A stretch of 64,000 nucleotides of DNA, taken from contig JAHLVW010000101.1 in the NCBI GenBank assembly GCA_019058275.1, forward strand, positions 1 through 64,000, written 5' to 3'. A program made the position numbers and the translations under genes. Positions 31,540-40,246 of the stretch are shown one piece after another. The stretch comes from Candidatus Heimdallarchaeota archaeon. Its GTDB lineage: Archaea > Asgardarchaeota > Heimdallarchaeia > JABLTI01. Every line of letters starts with the position of its first letter. Position 1 is the first letter of the stretch. The notes beneath the pieces were generated by a model. It was not told the DNA's origin, made no database searches, and saw nothing but the letters and a program-made list of their open reading frames with translations.

Positions 31540-32142
31540 ATGTCCCAAGAGAAAAGACCACGAGGAAGACCAAGGAAATATGAAACAAACGCAGAGAGGA
31601 AAAAAGCATACAGAGAGAGAAAAAAAGCTGAACGAATAGAGCTAGAAAAACGAGTGGTAAAGCTGGAAAAGCAATTAGAGAAAACAGACCATGAGGTTGC
31701 TTCTAAGAAAATAACAAGCGATCCAATATTATCACTTACTTTTAACGAAATAATGAAAACTGATACAGAGATACTCCAAACATATGTCACCTCATTGAAA
31801 AAAGAATTGGGAGATAGTTTAAGCCTATATAGCCCATTAAGTATAATCATTGAAAATATAATCGGTTCTTTGGAACCTATTGTTTCTACTAGAAGTTTAA
31901 AAATAAGCCCTAATCAGATAATTTCATTACAAGTGGACAAGCAAATAGATGAGTTCGAAGAATCACTTAAGCAGCTTACATTACTTCACATTATTGAATT
32001 AGAGCTTGGTCATAGAGAAAACGATAGTATAGAAGATTACGAATTAGAAATATTAGAACGTCGAATAGATGAGCTTGAAAAAGAAGTTGTCAAGAAGAAG
32101 GAAATAAAGGTCTCATCGAAAATTATCACAAATGAAAGATAA
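31540..32142 (+). CDS. AT-hook + basic-region/leucine-zipper-like DNA-binding protein
   Basis: RPRGRPRK AT-hook; N17-x7-R25-x9-L35-x6-L42 spacing; C-terminal coiled coil. Confidence 0.7.
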   Translation: MSQEKRPRGRPRKYETNAERKKAYRERKKAERIELEKRVVKLEKQLEKTDHEVASKKITSDPILSLTFNEIMKTDTEILQTYVTSLKKELGDSLSLYSPLSIIIENIIGSLEPIVSTRSLKISPNQIISLQVDKQIDEFEESLKQLTLLHIIELELGHRENDSIEDYELEILERRIDELEKEVVKKKEIKVSSKIITNER

Positions 32143-32171
32143 CTAACTAAAATTTCTTCGATTTTCTACGG

Positions 32172-33665
32172 TCATTGTTTGACATTGAAATCATAATAGT
32201 TTTTGATGAAATCATCCAAAGATTGTACTTGTTCTATTAATACTGAATGTTTTTCAAATATATCTTTAGCAATTCGATCTAATCCTCTCTTACCAGCTAT
32301 TTGTTGCGTCTGAGATAATAATACTCTTATTTCTTTCATATCTAATTCAGAATCTGAGAATTTTGCTTGAACCCACAAAGTAAAAAGTCGAAGGCTATAG
32401 GCTTCCATTTGAATCCAATAGACTTTTTCTTCTTTTGCATAATCAAGCAAATCATCAGTGTATATTTTGATCTCATTCAATATTTCCAAATTTCCAGATA
32501 ATTGAAAATCATGTAAAAGAAGTTCACATAAATAAATCAGTGCTTTAACTATGAAATTTACATTTGGATCACCAAAATCAATGATATCCCGTAACAATTG
32601 TTCTGCTTTTTCTCTATCAAGTGATCGTGGTGAATCTTTCAATAATAATACTTCAGACATATTTACAGCATTTTTTAAAGGAGAATCTTTGTTATTTGAT
32701 GTCAATTGTTTGATTAAGCTCAGATATTCTTTAGCTTTACTGATATTATTTACTTTATATTCCAATTCTATTAGAGCATATAAGACTATACCATACCTCA
32801 TGTGATCATTTATAGACTGATAAATGTCAAGGCTCTTAAGGAAATTCTTTCTAGCTAATTCATAATCTCCTTTTCTGAGATAAACAAATCCAGTTTGTTC
32901 CAAGTAGTATCCTCTTTTAAAGTCATTATCCATTTGGTTTATAAATGGTAAAATTTGTTCCATATATTTTATTGCCAGAGTATATTGCCCCTTATCATAA
33001 TAAATAACTCCTAAATGAAAGAGCTCAATTGATAGTTGATACTTGTTACCTATTTCTTCAAAAATAGCTATACTTTGTTTTATATATCCAATTGCTTTCT
33101 TTAAGTCACCATTTCTTTTGTGATTATAACCAATTACTTCATAGCATTTCGCAATACCATATTTATCATCAATTTTTTTTCGAATTGACAAAGATTTATT
33201 CAACAGTTCTAAACTAAGATCAACTTTCTCTAAATGAAAATAAATAGTGCCTTTTCTGAATAAGAGATTAGCTTTGCGTCTTAGGAATTTCTCTGGTTCT
33301 TCTAGTTTCAAGGAATCAAGTAGTGCCAATTCTTCATCAATTAAACTAATAGCTTCATCTATTCTACCTGTTCTTTGCAGTATTATCCCTTTTACAAAAA
33401 TTGCTAATGTATCTAGGTTAGGATTATTTGTCTTTTCAATTGTCGAAAGAATACTATTCATTAGTTGTAAGGCTTTACCTGTTTCTCCTAGTTCAAACAT
33501 AGCTAAACCTTTGAATTTATCAATTTGCAATTTTTCTTCTTTTGTTAGGGTTTTCTCCTTCTGTAGTCTAGTTATTAGGTTGTATGTTTTCTTAAAATGA
33601 CCATTTTTGAGAAGATTACCAAAATCCGGTAATTTACTTTCCTTTGAGTTTAAAACCCATCCCAT
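32172..33665 (-). CDS. Tetratricopeptide-repeat protein
   Basis: Several G.IY...G...A......SL.I repeats followed by a helical C-terminal domain. Confidence 0.88.
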   Translation of the reverse strand: MGWVLNSKESKLPDFGNLLKNGHFKKTYNLITRLQKEKTLTKEEKLQIDKFKGLAMFELGETGKALQLMNSILSTIEKTNNPNLDTLAIFVKGIILQRTGRIDEAISLIDEELALLDSLKLEEPEKFLRRKANLLFRKGTIYFHLEKVDLSLELLNKSLSIRKKIDDKYGIAKCYEVIGYNHKRNGDLKKAIGYIKQSIAIFEEIGNKYQLSIELFHLGVIYYDKGQYTLAIKYMEQILPFINQMDNDFKRGYYLEQTGFVYLRKGDYELARKNFLKSLDIYQSINDHMRYGIVLYALIELEYKVNNISKAKEYLSLIKQLTSNNKDSPLKNAVNMSEVLLLKDSPRSLDREKAEQLLRDIIDFGDPNVNFIVKALIYLCELLLHDFQLSGNLEILNEIKIYTDDLLDYAKEEKVYWIQMEAYSLRLFTLWVQAKFSDSELDMKEIRVLLSQTQQIAGKRGLDRIAKDIFEKHSVLIEQVQSLDDFIKNYYDFNVKQ

Positions 33666-33846
33666 CCATTCTTATTTTTTATTTAATTTGCATTAGGTAT
33701 TATTTGTTTATTTCTTTAATCATCTATGAATTTTACTCAGAGAAACAGGTTAGATTTATGATTAAGACATTCATTTTTTATTATGAAATAAAATAATTGA
33801 TATTTGGTAGGAAATCGGAAAGTGATTTAAAATCTGATATGGGAGT

Positions 33847-34005
33847 TTGATTATACTGACAGAAGAAAAAAAACGTCGTGGTCGTCCAAGAAAATATCAA
33901 ACTGAAGCTGAAGAACATAGAGCTTACAGGCAAAGAAAGAAAGAAAAAGTTGCATTCTTGGAAAAGAAAATCACTGAGCTAGAAAAGCAATCAGACAAAG
34001 AATAA
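33847..34005 (+). CDS. Uncalled ~50-aa AT-hook/mini-zipper paralog of 31540..32142
   Basis: (L)IILTEEKKRRGRPRKYQTEAEEHRAYRQRKKEKVAFLEKKITELEKQSDKE*. Start TTG 33847, or CTG 33856 behind GGGAG. Confidence 0.7.
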   Translation: MIILTEEKKRRGRPRKYQTEAEEHRAYRQRKKEKVAFLEKKITELEKQSDKE

Positions 34006-34109
34006 GCATAATTTCAGATTACGAAATGCTAAAATTTTATTAATTATTAAGCAATTATGATTATGTTATTATCTTCATTTAATTGTAATTGATTCATGAG
34101 GGAATATAT

Positions 34110-34508
34110 GTGACACAGAAAGTTTGTCTGAAATGTGGAAAAGTGTCTAGTTCAGCTCATGCATTTTGTAAGGAATGTGGAGTTGAATTAGTTACTAGTA
34201 CTGTTAGTGAGAAACAAGTGCAAGATACAAAGAAAATTGTTTGGTGTCCATCTTGTGGTGCTAGGAATTTGAGAACTTATAATATCTGTAGAAGCTGTGG
34301 TTATGCTCTTACTGATGTTGTTAATGGGAAAAAATCAGCTGAAGCTATTCAGCGAGAAGTAAATGGTCAACCAGCCAGAAAGAAAAGAAGAAGAGAGAAA
34401 ATAGATACTCCTTGTTTGGATTGCTGTGGAGGTTGTGCACAAGCACTATTAGGAATTTTAGAAGCATGTGCAGGGTGTGCAGAAGCATTTAGTGGTTGTT
34501 CTTGTTGA
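34110..34508 (+). CDS. Double zinc-ribbon protein with basic patch and Cys-rich C-terminal tail
   Basis: CLKC..CKEC, CPSC..CRSC, RKKRRR, CLDCCGGC...GCSC*. Start GTG 34110 after GAGGGA. Confidence 0.75.
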   Translation: MTQKVCLKCGKVSSSAHAFCKECGVELVTSTVSEKQVQDTKKIVWCPSCGARNLRTYNICRSCGYALTDVVNGKKSAEAIQREVNGQPARKKRRREKIDTPCLDCCGGCAQALLGILEACAGCAEAFSGCSC

Positions 34509-34559
34509 GGTAAGCTAAACAATAGACTTGATTTCTCATTTTCTGAAAAAATATGAATT

Positions 34560-34856
34560 AAAGATATTGAAAACCCTAAGATAATTAACATAACCTTAGG
34601 ATTAGGTCCTACTAGAAATAGAAAATGGGTCTTTAGATATAGCTATTGAGCAAGTAAATCAGCCCATAAAAAGTTCTCAAAACTGATGTCTATTGAACTA
34701 AATGATTATGGAGTAATTGTTATACCACTACATCCTGGACGCTTGAAAACTGATCTTTGTGGATATAATGCTCCACTAGATCCAAGAGAAGCAATAAGTG
34801 GAATGATTAAAGTCTTGATTCACTAAGGATGGAAAAAACAGGGAAATACCTTGGTA
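34560..34856 (+). pseudogene. 3' remnant of a CsgA/C-factor-like short-chain dehydrogenase
   Basis: NPKIINIT.GLG...YSY*ASKSA..KLMSIEL...VIPLHPGRLKTDL.G.NAPL.P.EAISGMIKV, then a frameshift to DSL...TGKYL. No N-terminus. Confidence 0.8.
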
Positions 34857-34890
34857 AGCGAAATTACTAGTAAAGCATAATTCCAATAAA

Positions 34891-35262
34891 CTAAAAATCG
34901 ATTTTATATCGACTAAACTTAGCGAACCATCCATCCTCACCATTCAGTTCCTTGTGAAGGTTTTTACTCTTGAGAACAATATCATCACCATCTACTAGTA
35001 TTTGTATATCCTTAGTTGTAACATTATTTTCTTCAAGCGCTATTAAGAAATCGTGAATAGCAGTATCCATTGTAGCTGCAACACATTTGCGAAGAAGGTC
35101 CTTCTGATCTGGTGTTAATTGCTTAAGCTCATTTTGGATGTCTTGCAATACGTTTGCTTTCCAATAACCAATCATTAATTTGTCAAAGAAATCAAAAGGT
35201 GCATCTCTTAAATTATTCATCAAAAATTGACCGAATTTAGCTAGTTTTAAGTCAGAAGTCAT
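34891..35262 (-). CDS. Conserved hypothetical protein (immunity-protein-like)
   Basis: KFGQFLM.NLRD...D.AIHDFL.ALEE...L.GEDGWFAKFS pattern recalled from small bacterial proteins. Confidence 0.6.
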   Translation of the reverse strand: MTSDLKLAKFGQFLMNNLRDAPFDFFDKLMIGYWKANVLQDIQNELKQLTPDQKDLLRKCVAATMDTAIHDFLIALEENNVTTKDIQILVDGDDIVLKSKNLHKELNGEDGWFAKFSRYKIDF

Positions 35263-35437
35263 TGTTGTTCTTGGAAAAATAGAAGTTATTGATTTTTAAG
35301 TTTTTCAAGCATATAGTAATATAATGAATTCCTAATTATTCAAAAAACAGTCTTTATTAACTATATATATAGCAGAAATGTAAGTATTTAGAGAATTGTA
35401 GTGGCAGTTGAAAATTGTATAATATCCTATTCTAGAT

Positions 35438-35555
35438 ATGATTAAACGGTCAAGTTAAACATGTGATCTATAAATCCGGCTATGGTATTAAACCAAAGAT
35501 AATGATGAGGGTTTATAGATAAACATTTAATTTGATCATAAGTCATTTTTCTTTT
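35438..35555 (+). ncRNA. Candidate rod-like structured ncRNA with U-tract
   Basis: Four stacked stems (ATGATT/AGTCAT, GGTCAAGTTAA/TTAATTTGATC, ATGT/ACAT, ATCTATAAATCC/GGGTTTATAGAT); in-stem mismatches are G-U on the + strand; followed by TTTTTCTTTT. Confidence 0.5.
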
Positions 35556-35699
35556 AAAATCTCTTACAGTAATAACACTAAAGGTAATTAAACTGACAAA
35601 ATTTAATAGCAAAAGAACTAATTAGTTTTCAAAAAACTAGTTTACTTTCCATCTATTACTAACTATTATGTTCTATAAACTAAAGTTAGTTGATACAAG

Positions 35700-36590
35700 A
35701 TGGCGCAAAAAAAGAAAAAATTGATACTCATTGCCGATTCAGCTTGTGATCTGCCAATTGAAACAATCAAAAAGTATGGTATTGTCATTCTCCCAATTTC
35801 AATTTACTTTCCTGATGAAACTAGAACTCAATATATTGATATAACAAAGGAAGAGTTCTACCATAAAATTGTCGAGGAAAATTTAGAACCAACAACTGGG
35901 GTTCCATCTCCAAGAGTTTATAAAAAAACTTTTGATGAAGCCTTAGAGAAAGCAGATGAAGCAATAATGGTTAATCTTTCAAGAGAATTAAGTGGAATCT
36001 ATGGATATGGCGTGATTTATGCAAAGCAATTTGCTGAAGACAAAATCACTGTTGTAGATAGTAGAAATGCAACACTTCCATTTGGGTTAATAGTTTTAAA
36101 AGTAGCAAAAATGATTGAAAAAGGTCTGGCTAAAGAAGAAATTTTGGAGAAATTGAAAACAGAGATTATACCAAAAACACAAATGAATGCTTTTGTTGGA
36201 TCGTTAAAATACCTAAAAAGATCAGGAAGAATTTCTACATTACAACACCTGTTAGGAGAAATGTTAAACTATAAACCATTGTTGACCTTTGTAGATGGTA
36301 AATTAGATTCTCCTATGAAAGTTCGTGGTGAAGATGCAAAAATGGATTACTTAAAGAAACTGGGAGAGAAATTGGTTGTTGATATTCCAGAACATGAAAC
36401 AATTGTTGTTATTCACTCTCGTAATTTTGAAAAAGCAGAGGAACTAATGAATCATCTGAAAAAAGTTTCAAAAAAGAAAATCGAATACCTTACATGGGAA
36501 ATCGGAACAGCCATTGGAGTTCATGCTGGCCCTGGTGCACTTGGATTAACATGGTTAGGAAAGTCAAGTGATGAGCTATTAGGGAAATAA
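35700..36590 (+). CDS. degV: DegV/FakB fatty-acid-binding protein
   Basis: ADSACDLP, PTTGVPSP, LSRELSG, VVDSR, LKYLKRSGRI, IGVHAGPG. Confidence 0.92.
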   Translation: MAQKKKKLILIADSACDLPIETIKKYGIVILPISIYFPDETRTQYIDITKEEFYHKIVEENLEPTTGVPSPRVYKKTFDEALEKADEAIMVNLSRELSGIYGYGVIYAKQFAEDKITVVDSRNATLPFGLIVLKVAKMIEKGLAKEEILEKLKTEIIPKTQMNAFVGSLKYLKRSGRISTLQHLLGEMLNYKPLLTFVDGKLDSPMKVRGEDAKMDYLKKLGEKLVVDIPEHETIVVIHSRNFEKAEELMNHLKKVSKKKIEYLTWEIGTAIGVHAGPGALGLTWLGKSSDELLGK

Positions 36591-36607
36591 GAACGAAATC
36601 CTCTTTC

Positions 36608-37582
36608 TTATGTCCCTTTCACTATTGCTTTCATAAATTGCAAACTCTTATCTATAATTTGCATTTTCTCAGACCCATATAAGAGAGTGTGGGGAGAATT
36701 AGCAGAGAAATAATCTTCTTTGATTTCACTACTTACAAGTTTGTGAATCTTCTCAGCATTATATATAGGCACTCTCGCATCTTTCCCAGCAGTAATTGTC
36801 AAAATCGGAGCTGTTACTTTTTTGATTTCTTCTTTAGCAATCTCCATTGTGTCCAATAGATGCTCTACAGCTTTAAGTGCTGATACACGATAGTTTATCA
36901 AGCTATTTTCTTCCATTACAGCAATCTCTTCTTTTCTTCGAGGGAAATATTTCAATAAATCTGATATTAAGAATAGATAATCTTGCATGAAATATTCAAC
37001 TTTTATTGGAGCGCAAAAAGTTACTATTGCATCTACAGGTTCGTTTGCAGCTAAAATGAGAGATAATGTACCACCAAGTGAGTGACCAAGTAGCACTATT
37101 TTAGTGCAAAATTGTTTTAGAAAATCATACCCTTCCTTTAGTGATTTATACCAATCAATCATATCGGTTTGCGCTAAATCACCGGGACTAGTTCCATGTC
37201 CAGCTAACAATACTGCTAAAGTTGTATAACCAAGTTGTTTGTTAATGATTTCCCCGAGTTCTTTCATCTCCTGAGCTGTAGAACAGAAACCATGTGTTAG
37301 TAATACACCCACTTCATTACCCTTATTGAAGAATGGTCCAGCTTTATCTCTTATATTTCGCTCCACCTTTTCAGGAGCAAGATTATCAATTAAAGCTAAT
37401 ATTGATTCCATAGGCAGAGAAGATGATAATGAGGAATTTGCATCTCTTCTGATATAGCTGATTGTAAAAGAATTCAACCAGGAGATCATCTCTTTGTAAG
37501 GTGAAACAAAATCACGAATAATTTGTGAGCTTTTTGTATTATCCTTTCTTGTTAAATCTAATATAGTAGTTTTTTGTGACAA
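36608..37582 (-). CDS. Alpha/beta hydrolase (carboxylesterase/monoacylglycerol lipase type) with N-terminal extension
   Basis: GVLLTHGF, LAGHGT, GHSLGG, G.D..VP, SPH. Confidence 0.88.
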   Translation of the reverse strand: MSQKTTILDLTRKDNTKSSQIIRDFVSPYKEMISWLNSFTISYIRRDANSSLSSSLPMESILALIDNLAPEKVERNIRDKAGPFFNKGNEVGVLLTHGFCSTAQEMKELGEIINKQLGYTTLAVLLAGHGTSPGDLAQTDMIDWYKSLKEGYDFLKQFCTKIVLLGHSLGGTLSLILAANEPVDAIVTFCAPIKVEYFMQDYLFLISDLLKYFPRRKEEIAVMEENSLINYRVSALKAVEHLLDTMEIAKEEIKKVTAPILTITAGKDARVPIYNAEKIHKLVSSEIKEDYFSANSPHTLLYGSEKMQIIDKSLQFMKAIVKGT

Positions 37583-37620
37583 TTATTATTCCTCTCCTAG
37601 ATTCATAATCAATCTCTCAA

Positions 37621-38190
37621 TTAACTTGTATCTTGCTCTTCTTGTTTTTTCATTTCAGCAACAGCTTTCCTAAATTTGTCAATTGGTTTCTCTTTCTTTC
37701 GACCAAATTTAGTCACTATTGGAATTAGTACACCAAAAGTCAAGAGTGCAGCAATTGGTATTATTGCCCAATCCATCCCAAGGAATCCATCATTTGGAGG
37801 AAAAACTAAGTCAATTGCTAATAGCAAGCCACTCGCTCCAACCATTAATATTGGTCCCACAATCCAAGCGATTTCTGGACGCTTGAAGATAATAAAGCTA
37901 ACAATATATGCAAAGAACATTCCTCCTATTGGCCACCAAGCCCAATCAATTCGAAGGAAGCCAGTGTTAGGTAAAGTTATAACATCAATAACTACTAGAA
38001 AAATCCCAATTAATAGAATGTTTAAAGGAGTAACCCACCACTTGTATTTTGGTATACGATCCCAAAAAGTCCTCCCTACACGAAACTTCTGATTATTTTT
38101 ATTCGGTGAAGAATTCTTTGAAGGTAAGGTAACATCCTCTGAACCTTGTTCTATCAGTTCTTCATTATTATATACAGACATAATAATCAA
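37621..38190 (-). CDS. Membrane protein with internal duplication
   Basis: Repeated ID...P..GFL..DWA..PI units, 4 TM. Confidence 0.7.
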   Translation of the reverse strand: MIIMSVYNNEELIEQGSEDVTLPSKNSSPNKNNQKFRVGRTFWDRIPKYKWWVTPLNILLIGIFLVVIDVITLPNTGFLRIDWAWWPIGGMFFAYIVSFIIFKRPEIAWIVGPILMVGASGLLLAIDLVFPPNDGFLGMDWAIIPIAALLTFGVLIPIVTKFGRKKEKPIDKFRKAVAEMKKQEEQDTS

Positions 38191-38347
38191 GAGAGATTTA
38201 GCGATTTACTATTTATTAGTTTGCAATCAAATATCAGTTTTTTAAAATAGCCTTTTATTGTTATTTTCTTTCTTTTCTTCTTATAACAAGCCAAGTAATT
38301 AAAGGAGGTAGAGTAAGAAAAAAAAGAAATGATAATGTAAAATTATG

Positions 38348-38596
38348 TTATATTTCTGATGAATGAGTTTCAAAAATTAAATATAGTTGGTTATTTTCAT
38401 ACTTGTAGAATTCTGTATCAGTAGGTATTTTTAAGTAAATACCAGGTCCCGGTCCATTTCCTGGATCATCTCCACCATCTTCAATAGGAGGTACAGCATA
38501 AATATTTGTAACAATAGTTGTTACAACTAATAATCCTAAAACTAAAACCAACCCTACCACAAGTTTTGATTTGTTTTTCATCTTCAACACAACCAC
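38348..38596 (-). CDS. Small secreted protein/peptide
   Basis: MKNKSKLVVGLVLVLGLLVV...IYA signal, then VPPIEDGGDDPGNGPGPG. Confidence 0.6.
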   Translation of the reverse strand: MVVLKMKNKSKLVVGLVLVLGLLVVTTIVTNIYAVPPIEDGGDDPGNGPGPGIYLKIPTDTEFYKYENNQLYLIFETHSSEI

Positions 38597-38754
38597 TCAT
38601 TAATTTTGTCGAAATTTCTAGTTGAATAATCATCCAAATTTACAAATTATTGATAAACTGAAACAACTATAATATTTATATTGATAAATGCATAAAACTA
38701 ATATAAAAGTTATTCTGATTTATGCAAGCAATAAATAAGGCAGGGCATTAAAAG

Positions 38755-40215
38755 GTGAGTTCTTCAAGCAAATCTAGTATGAAAATTCCACAATTAATGA
38801 AGAGAGCACCTGAAAGATATCACATTGAGGATTATGCAAAAATAACTTTACAACAATTCCAGCAATTATTACCGAAAACTGTTCCAACGGTTATTAGCGA
38901 GGATATTGCTTATTATTTTAATTATTTAAGAACAAATAGAAACAAGAAAAATCTAAATGATTGGGAAGGAGCAACTGGTTGCACAGATTCACCAAATAGC
39001 TGGAAGGTAGAAGGATATCGACCAATTTTCTCTTTCTTATACTATGATAGAATAACAGAGGGATTATTTCTTCCATTATTACTAGAAAAGATTGAATCAA
39101 CTTTTAGTAGTCAAACAAAGAAGATGTCCATAGAAGAATTCAACAAACTCTGTCGTTTGAGCATTGTAGGTTTCAAGCCAAAAATTGATTCAATAGATTT
39201 GAAAATCATTCAAACGCTCTCCAAGCAACCGTCTTTAGTTACTCAAGAACTTACTGATGCAATTGCCCACTCTTATGCAACTGTTTACAATCACTTACAA
39301 AAATTGAAAGCTAAAATGGGATTAAGAGTAACTACTAGAGTTAATTGGGTAGAACTTGGAGTTCAAAGATGCTTTTTAATTTCTGATAATGAAGAAATTT
39401 TCAAAGAATTTAGTGAGTTTAAGATATTTCAAGATGGTCAAGCTTCTTTCCTATGGGGCGAGACATTTTACCTGCGATATTATTTCTTAAAGGAAGAAGC
39501 AAGACAAAAAATTATTCAACAATACAATAAAGTAAAACAAAAATCAAAAGCTAGGATAAAATACTATGAATTAACTGCTGCACCACTTTCAGGATATAAT
39601 TTTGATCTCTATAATCTTGATAATCAAAGATGGGAATTTGATTTTGCTACCACATTTATAAAACCAGAAACGATTGTAAAGAAGAGATCTGGTACCAAAG
39701 AGAGAGAATTATTCACTGACATATACCCACCTGATTCTCCTTATGAGCTTTCAGAGATGGAAATCAATATCATAAATGGGTTAGTTGGAAGTTACACCTT
39801 ATCACAAAAGGAGATTGCTAGCCAACTAGGTATACATGCACCTAATTTGTCAATCATAAAAACTAAATTACTAAATGATAGAATAATTGGCCCACAATTG
39901 ATGATTAGAACTTTTCTTCCACTAAATTGTGTTCTTTGGTGTAGTGCGAAAGATCAAGAGATAATTGACACTCTTATTTACTTAATGCAAAAAATACCAT
40001 ACTCTAGTATATCACCAGTAGAATCACTAGAAGATCCAAAGATATTACAGTTAATTTGCTTTCTTGTGTTAGACGACATACTTTATTCAAGTTTAGTTAC
40101 TTTTCTTATAGAACTACGTAAAGATAATCGTCTAGAGGATTTTCGAATGGGATTGATAATTGATCAATACTTTAGCATGGCAAATGCTGAAAATATTCTC
40201 CATAAGGAAATATGA
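38755..40215 (+). CDS. Transcriptional regulator with two Lrp/AsnC-like wHTH units
   Basis: IDSIDLKIIQ.L...ELTDAI.HSYATVYNHLQKL and LSEMEINII..L...SQKEIASQLGI. Confidence 0.8.
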   Translation: MSSSSKSSMKIPQLMKRAPERYHIEDYAKITLQQFQQLLPKTVPTVISEDIAYYFNYLRTNRNKKNLNDWEGATGCTDSPNSWKVEGYRPIFSFLYYDRITEGLFLPLLLEKIESTFSSQTKKMSIEEFNKLCRLSIVGFKPKIDSIDLKIIQTLSKQPSLVTQELTDAIAHSYATVYNHLQKLKAKMGLRVTTRVNWVELGVQRCFLISDNEEIFKEFSEFKIFQDGQASFLWGETFYLRYYFLKEEARQKIIQQYNKVKQKSKARIKYYELTAAPLSGYNFDLYNLDNQRWEFDFATTFIKPETIVKKRSGTKERELFTDIYPPDSPYELSEMEINIINGLVGSYTLSQKEIASQLGIHAPNLSIIKTKLLNDRIIGPQLMIRTFLPLNCVLWCSAKDQEIIDTLIYLMQKIPYSSISPVESLEDPKILQLICFLVLDDILYSSLVTFLIELRKDNRLEDFRMGLIIDQYFSMANAENILHKEI

Positions 40216-40246
40216 AAAATATCCTCAGAGAGGATTTTGCAGAAGA

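Noticed and set aside
34503-34556. TGT-TGA-GGT read as Cys-Sec-Gly
   Set aside because: No SECIS recognised, the readthrough extension is featureless, and GCSC* is a plausible natural end
35478-35508. Loop resembling a fluoride riboswitch (GGC.ATGGT...AAACC...TAATGA)
   Set aside because: Lacks the pairing CGCC strand and the pseudoknot complement; the downstream gene is unrelated
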